From NCBI GenBank assembly GCA_038883795.1, contig JAVZLK010000019.1:15279-30568 (forward strand): a stretch of DNA of 15,290 nt. The letters run 5' to 3'. The DNA comes from Candidatus Bathyarchaeia archaeon (GTDB taxonomy: Archaea > Thermoproteota > Bathyarchaeia > Bathyarchaeales > Bathycorpusculaceae). Position 1 is the first letter of the stretch, and each line of letters begins with the position of its first letter. Positions 9,013-15,290 of this stretch are shown one piece after another. The notes beneath the pieces were generated by a model. That model had not been told where the DNA came from. It saw only the letters and a list, made by a program, of their open reading frames with translations, and ran no database searches. The position numbers and the translations under genes are program-made.

Positions 9013-9645
9013 CTATTCACGAAATAAGGCCTTTCCTTCTTTGACACTTATTTCAATTAGCTTTCTTGCTCCATAAAGATCTAACCAACGAACAATTCTA
9101 AGGTCTTGCTCAAGATGCTTCTCGATCTCCCTAAACTTCTTAGCTTCATAAAGGTCCTTAACAGCTCTACCAGGCTTACTGTATTTCGGAGGCTTCAAAT
9201 TCACCCTTTTAGCAACTTTAACAATATTTTCCAACGTTAAACCCTTAAACTGGTTATCATTAGCCACTAAAAGCTGCTGAAAATAATCTATTGTAAAACA
9301 ATCATTCCATATCTTGCTAAAAACTTCATGTTTTCCAAGCGAGTGCTGAACAGCCTTACAAATCAATAATGGCACATCAAAACGCAAAATATTAAATCCG
9401 CAAATAACTGTAAACCTATGCCCCTTCTGCATCTCAGCAACAAACTCATGAACCTTTGCCACAATAGCCCGCTCGTCCAACTCATTCCACTCACTAAACA
9501 GTATAAGCTCACCTTTTTCCTTCAGGCTATCCTCACAATAAGGAGCCTCATCCACCAACAAGCCGCAACATATTATTTTCTCATCAACAAAAGCATCTTC
9601 CTTTCGAGGACGATAAGTTTCAAGATCAAGATAAATGCGCACCAT
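9013..9645 (-). CDS. DEDDh-type 3'-5' exonuclease (RNase H-like, RNase_H_2/YprB-like)
   Basis: ExoI YLDLET, ExoII GFNILRFDVP, ExoIII HLEQDL. Confidence 0.85.
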   Translation of the reverse strand: MVRIYLDLETYRPRKEDAFVDEKIICCGLLVDEAPYCEDSLKEKGELILFSEWNELDERAIVAKVHEFVAEMQKGHRFTVICGFNILRFDVPLLICKAVQHSLGKHEVFSKIWNDCFTIDYFQQLLVANDNQFKGLTLENIVKVAKRVNLKPPKYSKPGRAVKDLYEAKKFREIEKHLEQDLRIVRWLDLYGARKLIEISVKEGKALFRE

Positions 9646-9716
9646 AATTACAACTTAATTTGGTAAATAAATTTAACTCTAATTATTTAATATACAAATT
9701 CTTAAAATTAAAAAAT

Positions 9717-10553
9717 ATGAAGGCAAAAAAGGAAACAAGATACTGGAAAATTGCTCCTGGAAGTGGCGGCTTCCTATGGGTTGAACAAAGAGATAACGGA
9801 TGCATTGCAATAGGCTGGGGTGAAACAGGAGACCTTGACAAATACAAAACTGAAGAAAAAATAAAGAAAAGGTTTAACCAGATCGATTGGGGATCCAAGA
9901 GTCGTCCTCGTCAATTGCTGGATTTTTACTTTAAAGTACAGAAAGGCGACAAGGTGATCGCAAGCTCTGGAAAGCACATATACGGTGTAGGCACAGTTAT
10001 AGGCAAATACAAATACGATGATCAGCTATACTATGAGCATAGTAAACCTGTCAGATGGGAAATCACTTTTTGGGATCCTCTTAATGTCTACGACCTTAAA
10101 ATTCCAGAGAAACTCAAAAAGAAGCTTGGACAAAACAGAACAATCGTAGAGCTAAAACCTACAGAATGGGCTCTAATAGACAACGCATTAAACCATGTTC
10201 ACAATCCTTTTCAAGGACTTAACAACTTTGAGGGGATATGTAGAGCGCCGCAAACTGAGCAAGAAACTATAATACTCTTTAGTAAGCTAAGTCAACATTT
10301 GAAAATGAAAATAGAATCTGTAAGTACAAGGTTTCCTGACGCTTACATCAGAGTTAAAAAGGGCGAAAGATGGGTTACGAAATCAGCGGAATTCGAACTA
10401 TATTCCTCAAAATTTGCAGACCACCTAAAGCAAATGGACAAAGGTAAAGAATGCGATATGATCATTTGCTGGGAAGACGACTGGAAAGACAAGCCCAAAG
10501 ATCTCAATCTTGAGATCATCGAATTAAAAAGAGAACTGAAAGAAATAATCTGA
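9717..10553 (+). CDS. Putative modification-dependent endonuclease: PUA-like N-terminal domain (McrB/Mrr-associated type) + PD...EFE nuclease
   Basis: N-domain YWKIAPG...W...IAIGW...GDL...KGDKVIA...GVGTV...Y.YD...PVRW. C-domain APQTEQ...FPD...EFE...CDMIICWEDDW. ATG 9717 is preferred because the upstream extension is AT-rich promoter sequence. Confidence 0.7.
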   Translation: MKAKKETRYWKIAPGSGGFLWVEQRDNGCIAIGWGETGDLDKYKTEEKIKKRFNQIDWGSKSRPRQLLDFYFKVQKGDKVIASSGKHIYGVGTVIGKYKYDDQLYYEHSKPVRWEITFWDPLNVYDLKIPEKLKKKLGQNRTIVELKPTEWALIDNALNHVHNPFQGLNNFEGICRAPQTEQETIILFSKLSQHLKMKIESVSTRFPDAYIRVKKGERWVTKSAEFELYSSKFADHLKQMDKGKECDMIICWEDDWKDKPKDLNLEIIELKRELKEII

Positions 10554-10594
10554 TGCACTTTTGCATACAGAAACCAGTTAAACAACACTGGGAC

Positions 10595-11443
10595 TTAATG
10601 TTCAAATCTTGCTCCGAGGCTTTTTATAACTTCTGAAAGCTCTATCACTTCTAAAGGGCATTCTGGCCAATCATGCTTCCAGCAAACTATCAGGTCGCAA
10701 CCTTCAACCGGATGACCATGCCTCTTAAAGTCACTACTCAAATACTCGAACTCTATACGCACCCTTTGCCACCGTTCACCTTTCCTATCAATCTGGCGTT
10801 TCGCTTCACAGTCAGGAAAAGAGGTGCCAATCGCCTCCACAGTAAAGCCAATATCCCTCGCCACAAGAGCAAAAACGTAAACCACACCTTGCTCATTTAA
10901 AGGCGCATGTCTCAACCCTCTAAAGTCAATAGGCGCCCCATACTCCTGCTTCAACATCTGCCTACGACCAGAAACTTTGGCTCTGGCTACCCTTTCAACA
11001 ATAGGATACTCTCTGCCCTCAACCTTCGACTTCTCCAAAAACTTTCTGATAACCTCGCCATCCGCAAATGGAATACGCGTCGGTGAACCTCTAACAATTC
11101 CTCCCCACTTGGCAGCAACAGAAAGCTTTGGAACAACTTCATCCTTAGGAACACTATGTAACAAATCAAAAGCAACCAAAGGCTCAACATCCACCAAACA
11201 CGGAAAGAAATCCCGCTTCCAAATTTGCCTCGCTTTTTCCTCATCCTTATAAGGCATAGAAACAGCCTTCAAAATTCCACAAAACCTTGAAAGCTTCGTC
11301 ACATAACAAACAAAGAAATCTCCAGGCTTAGTCTTAGAAACAATAGGCCACCTCGACAACCTAAAACCCGTAACCTTAAAACCACGCTCCCGTGCCTCTT
11401 CCCAAGTCTCCGCAGTAAAAAGATCAAGCCAATACTCAGTCAT
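10595..11443 (-). CDS. EVE-domain + PD...EFE endonuclease (putative modification-dependent restriction enzyme)
   Basis: EVE-like YWLDLFTAETW...TGFR...KPGDFFVCYV...FCGILKA. C-domain APLNEQ...FPDC...IEFE...HGH...CDLIVCWKHDW. Confidence 0.8.
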   Translation of the reverse strand: MTEYWLDLFTAETWEEARERGFKVTGFRLSRWPIVSKTKPGDFFVCYVTKLSRFCGILKAVSMPYKDEEKARQIWKRDFFPCLVDVEPLVAFDLLHSVPKDEVVPKLSVAAKWGGIVRGSPTRIPFADGEVIRKFLEKSKVEGREYPIVERVARAKVSGRRQMLKQEYGAPIDFRGLRHAPLNEQGVVYVFALVARDIGFTVEAIGTSFPDCEAKRQIDRKGERWQRVRIEFEYLSSDFKRHGHPVEGCDLIVCWKHDWPECPLEVIELSEVIKSLGARFEH

Positions 11444-11611
11444 GCATTAAACTTTCACTATATTAAGTTAAAACACTTTTGGCGTTTTTCCGTCAAAAAC
11501 TCTCTAACCTACTAAAACTACAAACAATTAAACGTAAAATGTTTTAAGCTAACAAACCAAAAAAGTAATTGTGATAACATAACTTGTTATAACAAGAACC
11601 GGGGCGTTCAG

Positions 11612-12508
11612 ATGTCGCAAAGAAAAATGCTTTATGAAGAAGCAGAAGCAAGTTATGCAGACATTCTTTACACTCACATATTGTGTGAAAAAGTTTTTCC
11701 TGAAAACGACGGTGTAGTTAAAGAAGCAGAAATACAAGTAGGAGGAAAAAAGTTTAGGGTAGATTTGGTTACACGCTACGGTCAGCCAGAAAGATATTTT
11801 GGTATTGAAGTAAAATATTGGCCAGGCGCATTTCATCAAGGTTTTCGGCAGGTTGATAAAGTAAAGAATGGTTTTCATTCAGTTTTCTTAGGAATTCCAG
11901 CTGAAGACGTACCAGTTGCTCAAGAAGAAAAACATAGAGGAAGATTTACTGATATTGGTATTTTACCTATCTCAAGAATCTTCCCGACAACAGTGGCCGC
12001 AACAAAAGCCACACCAAATATGAACCCGGATTCTAACGCAATCGACAAACTTGTACGGCTCTTTGAAAATATAATGTACGGAAAAAACTACTCGCAGATG
12101 TATTATCAAAATATCGAAAAAGCTATTTTCCGTACCCTTACAAAAAGGAGAAAATTGGCTTTTCTTTCCCTCTTTATTTCGCAAACTAAAATTTATTCTT
12201 TGCAAAAATTTTTATCGCAACAAAAAATTCATGAATTTGGAATAAGATTCGGCAACGCGCTCAATTTATCAATTAAGCATCCTGACTGGGGCGCCTGGGA
12301 ATTATACCATTTGGGTTTTGCGGAATACATGAGGATCGGTGTCCGAAAGAGCTTCTTTCGGTTACATCCATGGCTTATAAATGCTCTGAAGAATCCGATC
12401 GAAACACATTTTCAAAATGACATTCTAAAATTGCAAAATACCATTAACGAAATTAAGCAAGGGATTATTAACAAAAGATCAGGAATTATCCATAATTACA
12501 TCAGCTAA
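11612..12508 (+). CDS. PD-(D/E)XK nuclease-like protein with possible C-terminal winged helix
   Basis: EAEIQV...RVDLV...GIEVK...QGFRQ nuclease core. The C-terminal LYHLGFAE...FFRLHP resembles a wHTH wing. A perfect palindrome TTGTTATAACAA (11584-11595) containing a TATA box lies upstream. Confidence 0.65.
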   Translation: MSQRKMLYEEAEASYADILYTHILCEKVFPENDGVVKEAEIQVGGKKFRVDLVTRYGQPERYFGIEVKYWPGAFHQGFRQVDKVKNGFHSVFLGIPAEDVPVAQEEKHRGRFTDIGILPISRIFPTTVAATKATPNMNPDSNAIDKLVRLFENIMYGKNYSQMYYQNIEKAIFRTLTKRRKLAFLSLFISQTKIYSLQKFLSQQKIHEFGIRFGNALNLSIKHPDWGAWELYHLGFAEYMRIGVRKSFFRLHPWLINALKNPIETHFQNDILKLQNTINEIKQGIINKRSGIIHNYIS

Positions 12509-12585
12509 CTGTGATTCCTGCACTTTTGCCGCAATGTGTTTGCATCACATCATTTTCATTCTCAATCAAGTGGAAAATTTGTCTT

Positions 12586-13122
12586 TTAAACTGTTAAATC
12601 TTCCAAAAATGTTTTGACTCGCTGGTATGATTCATTTCGTGCATCTTCTGATCCAATAAACCTTGCAACAGCAGTTGGGCCTTGAGACGTTAAAGATGCA
12701 AAGGCGTCTCTTATCTCCCTTAGAGCATCTTGAATAGCCTTCTTTGGCTCTTTGCCTTGCAATGAATCCATGAAGGCGTTTGAGGCTTGTTTTGGTTCTC
12801 CTCCATAAAATCCAGCCACCGCGTAAATGTCATAACTATCCTTATCTTTCATTCGATACAAAGCTAAACCTTTCATAGTTAAGGAAGCAACAATATCAGC
12901 GCAATTAAACCTCGCTGTAGCTTCACCATCGCCGGGCATAACAGCTCTTAACTCAACTTCAAAATTATGGTCAAAAACCACACTGCAGCCTTCAATGATA
13001 CATGCTTTTAAATCCTGCTGAACAGAAGCCAACCATTCATCCGGAAGTTTCTCAGCACCTTCAGGCTCAGTAAGAAAATCCACTTCGACCTTATGCTCAA
13101 CAGCAGTTGAAACCCAAGTCAA
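12586..13122 (-). CDS. C-terminal part of a split AbiEii-like nucleotidyltransferase
   Basis: VEVDFL strand and MKGLAL..R.KDKDSYDIY (K...R.KD.YD motif of the AbiEii/DUF1814 clan). It lacks the N-terminal GG/DxD motifs, which lie in the upstream ORF. Confidence 0.75.
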   Translation of the reverse strand: MTWVSTAVEHKVEVDFLTEPEGAEKLPDEWLASVQQDLKACIIEGCSVVFDHNFEVELRAVMPGDGEATARFNCADIVASLTMKGLALYRMKDKDSYDIYAVAGFYGGEPKQASNAFMDSLQGKEPKKAIQDALREIRDAFASLTSQGPTAVARFIGSEDARNESYQRVKTFLEDLTV

Positions 13123-13415
13123 TCCTCACCATGAGTTTTATATGAGCGAAACAAACGCTCAAACCGAAATACACTTCCTGTAGGCTTGTATCCCAACCTT
13201 TCCATAATCTGCTTAATACGCTCATATCGCTCCATAACACGAGGTCTTAAAACAAAATCAATATCAATCGACCCGCAATGATCAAAATAATCCCTCACAA
13301 GAAAATATGGCGCCCAACCGCCCGCAAGAACCATGTCCGAACGGTACTGGCGGAGAGCCCTACACAATTCAACCAGAGCACCTTTAGAAATATTTGTCGC
13401 ATCTCGATCATACAT
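13119..13415 (-). CDS. N-terminal part of a split AbiEii-like nucleotidyltransferase (possible pseudogene)
   Basis: VLAGGWA...HCGSIDIDF carries the Pol-beta NTase GG and DxD motifs. It stops at a TGA overlapping the TTG of the next frame (TTGA, 13122-13119). Confidence 0.8.
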   Translation of the reverse strand: MYDRDATNISKGALVELCRALRQYRSDMVLAGGWAPYFLVRDYFDHCGSIDIDFVLRPRVMERYERIKQIMERLGYKPTGSVFRFERLFRSYKTHGED

Positions 13416-13422
13416 GCTTATC

Positions 13423-14082
13423 TTACTCCCTTTTTCGTTGCCACTCCTTCAAAATCACCTCAAGAAGTTTAGAAGACGCCTCCTCTCCCCTCGCAGGAAA
13501 ATTGACCAAGTCCACATAAAGCTGAACATTCGAAACAACCTTAACGCCACGAATACTCCTCAAACCATAGAAAACACCATAATCATAAGGCAATACAAAC
13601 TTAACATTTCCACCTTTAGGCGTCGGATTCAAACCAAGACTTTTAGCAATCTCCTCAGCAACACGCTCAGATGAAACATATAAATGCACATCCACAGGCC
13701 TCACATAAGGCGCCACAAGCCAAGCCCCAACCAACCCACAAAGCCCATATTCCAAATCAATACCCGCCAGCTTATCCACAAACCGATCTATCTCTCTTTC
13801 AAAAGTGAAATAATCCAAAAACTTATTCATCCGATCATACTGATGATAAGAACCCCACCTCTTTAGCAACCTCAAAGGATCCACTAATATAACCCTATTC
13901 TGCGCATTCCTGGCAGCAAACCCCAGCTCAATAAGTCTCGCACAAACATAATGCGCTAACCCCCTTGACACACCAGCCTCTTGCGCCAACTTACGCTCAT
14001 CCCAATCCCTACCAAAATTCACCAACAACACCCGCAAAATTCTGGAAGATTTAGACGCAAAGATATTCTTAACACCAGACAC
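13423..14082 (-). CDS. AbiEi-like Type IV TA antitoxin / transcriptional regulator
   Basis: N-terminal wHTH (RILRVLL...RKLAQEAGVSRGLAHYVCARLIELGF), then LLKRW, APYVRP.DVHLYV and VSNVQLYVDL...RGEEA. It ends 7 bp upstream of the NTase. GTG 14082 after GGTGA is preferred; ATG 14103 is possible. Confidence 0.85.
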   Translation of the reverse strand: MSGVKNIFASKSSRILRVLLVNFGRDWDERKLAQEAGVSRGLAHYVCARLIELGFAARNAQNRVILVDPLRLLKRWGSYHQYDRMNKFLDYFTFEREIDRFVDKLAGIDLEYGLCGLVGAWLVAPYVRPVDVHLYVSSERVAEEIAKSLGLNPTPKGGNVKFVLPYDYGVFYGLRSIRGVKVVSNVQLYVDLVNFPARGEEASSKLLEVILKEWQRKRE

Positions 14083-14105
14083 AAACTCACCCACACATAA
14101 CATTC

Positions 14106-14188
14106 TGCTCAATGACCTATATAAATGCTCAATACTATTGAGCAAAAGTTGCTCAATGCTCCTTATAAATGCTCAACAAAATTGAGCA
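14106..14188. promoter_or_regulatory. Duplicated promoter/operator of the AbiE-like operon
   Basis: Six TGCTCAA half-sites: forward at 14106, 14126, 14150, 14170 and reverse at 14138, 14182. They form two TGCTCAA-N5-TTGAGCA palindromes with a 44-bp period, each abutting a minus-strand TTTATA box. Confidence 0.85.
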
Positions 14189-14313
14189 GCCCGCTTCTCA
14201 ATCATAATAACCGTTATAACAAAAACAACTGAGGGATACATCCTAACAAAAGTGCTAATAAATTCAACCAAAAACAGAGAAAAAGAGGGAATCTGTGAGT
14301 GATAGTAGGTATT

Positions 14314-14451
14314 TTAGTAGCGTGAAAACCTGTATGCGCAGTTTCGGCACAGATACCGCTGAACCTCTCCTTGACGAGCATATCTGATACCATCTTTATA
14401 CACACGTTCGCAACCACACATAGGACACTTAACAGCCTTCTCATCCGCCAC
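14314..14451 (-). CDS. 45-aa zinc-ribbon protein (IS1 InsA-like pattern; possibly a detached integrase N-terminus)
   Basis: Hand translation, below the track cutoff: MADEKAVKCPMCGCERVYKDGIRYARQGEVQRYLCRNCAYRFSRY*. GTG start after a strong GGGGGTGA site; an in-frame ATG at 14466 is also possible. Confidence 0.8.
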   Translation of the reverse strand: MADEKAVKCPMCGCERVYKDGIRYARQGEVQRYLCRNCAYRFSRY

Positions 14452-14745
14452 CGATTTCACCCCCATTTGCTAATTTACCACTCATTTGAGAACAATTCTA
14501 AAAAGGGGGATTTGCGGGAGAGAATTCGCCGTTTTCTCTGAAAATAGGGCAACCCCGCCTTGTTTTCACCTGACCCCGTAGGTTTTTATTCATTGACTTG
14601 CTATTTTCTTTTTCGGAAGAGTATTGTTGTATTACCGACTATTATGGGAAGCTGGAAAAAGGGCTGCTGCAAAACTTGAATATCTGTGTTCTTTAAGGGG
14701 AAAATTAAAATTAGTGGTTTGCTCATTAGCTTGGAGGTTGTGCCT

Positions 14746-15276
14746 ATGAACATTTGGAGAGACATTCCGCCGGGCGACAGGCCGCCAGAACTACTTAATA
14801 TGGTTGTTGAAGTTATAATGGGTTCGAGGGATAAGTATGAATATAATCTTGAATGGGAAACCTTTGTTTTAGATCGTATCATACCTTCGTCCGTGGTTTT
14901 TCCAGTTGATTATGGATTTGTTCCTCAAACATGGTTTGATGATAATGAACCTCTTGACATAATGGTGTTAAGCTATGAACCTCTTGAGGTTGGCTGCATA
15001 GTTAAAGTTAGGGTTATAGGGGCATTAATAATGGAGGACGAAGAAGGTGAAGACCCGAAAATATTGTCCGTGCTTGTTAATGACGCAAGGTTTGAAGGCT
15101 GTAAGGATATTACAGACGTGCACAAGCATAAACTTGTAGAGATTCAGGAATTTTTTGAAACCTATAAAAGGCTGGAGCCTCATAAATGGGCAAGATTCAA
15201 AGAGTGGAGAAACGCTGAAGAAGCCAAGAAAGTCGTGAACGATGCTGCTAAAAAGTTTAAGGCTCTTCAAAAATAG
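14746..15276 (+). CDS. ppa: Family I inorganic pyrophosphatase
   Basis: VEV..GS..KYEY...LDR....FPVDYGFVPQT..DDNEPLDIMV...MEDEEGEDPKI...EFFETYKRLE. ATG 14746 follows GGAGGT (14733-14738). Confidence 0.95.
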   Translation: MNIWRDIPPGDRPPELLNMVVEVIMGSRDKYEYNLEWETFVLDRIIPSSVVFPVDYGFVPQTWFDDNEPLDIMVLSYEPLEVGCIVKVRVIGALIMEDEEGEDPKILSVLVNDARFEGCKDITDVHKHKLVEIQEFFETYKRLEPHKWARFKEWRNAEEAKKVVNDAAKKFKALQK

Positions 15277-15290
15277 TTCCACCATTAAAT

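Larger units (their letters stand above)
1..14466. mobile_element. Integrase-associated defence island (boundaries approximate; left end outside window)
   Basis: A tyrosine recombinase plus a dense cluster of RM, nuclease, helicase and TA genes in mostly alternating orientation, ending before housekeeping ppa. No tRNA or long att repeat is visible. Confidence 0.65.

Noticed and set aside
2710-10594. Classical integron attC sites (GTTRRRY-like words after stops near 2733, 9006 and 10584)
   Set aside because: No paired RYYYAAC...GTTRRRY hairpins, genes are not co-oriented, and such words are expected in AT-rich spacers.
13094-13163. Operator-like GCTCAA half-sites inside the NTase junction
   Set aside because: Only one exact TGCTCAA; spacing and partner arms do not match the N5 palindrome, and the sites lie in coding sequence.
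13085-13165. Bulge-helix-bulge mRNA intron or -1 programmed frameshift in the NTase
   Set aside because: I could not build a clean BHB with flanking helices by hand. There is no canonical slippery heptamer, and the -1 frame has stops immediately upstream.
14106-14188. Mini CRISPR array
   Set aside because: Only 7-bp half-sites in two 44-bp units with similar spacers; position and symmetry fit an operator.
14214-14444. 76-aa track ORF (MRRLLSVLC...)
   Set aside because: Wrong frame; the overlapping frame gives a clear two-CxxC Zn ribbon with a ribosome-binding site.
14314-14451. IS1-family insertion sequence
   Set aside because: Only the Zn-ribbon pattern is present; no DDE transposase or terminal inverted repeats nearby.
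2924-15285. Remaining short track ORFs nested in or antisense to the larger genes
   Set aside because: They overlap motif-supported CDSs and have no recognisable features.

Overview
Archaeal accessory/defence island. A Bathyarchaeia-like origin is an inference from GGTGA ribosome-binding sites, TATA-type promoters and protein style. At the left edge is a tyrosine recombinase (minus strand, running off the window) that the ORF track missed. It is followed by a 4-oxalocrotonate tautomerase, several small genes (wHTH, Cys-rich, membrane, Zn-ribbon) and a Type IIG restriction-modification fusion. Next come an UPF1/DNA2-like SF1 helicase facing a Cas4-like Fe-S nuclease plus a DEDDh exonuclease, and two tail-to-tail paralogous endonucleases with different PUA/EVE-like N-terminal domains. 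Then a further PD-(D/E)XK protein, an AbiE-like Type IV TA operon with a split toxin and a duplicated palindromic operator, a 45-aa Zn-ribbon ORF (also missed by the track), and housekeeping ppa. Best leads: a three-gene helicase/Cas4-like/DEDDh module, the dual-reader nuclease pair, and the possibility that about 13.7 kb of cargo sits inside a split integrase gene. All family calls come from motifs read by eye; no searches were run.
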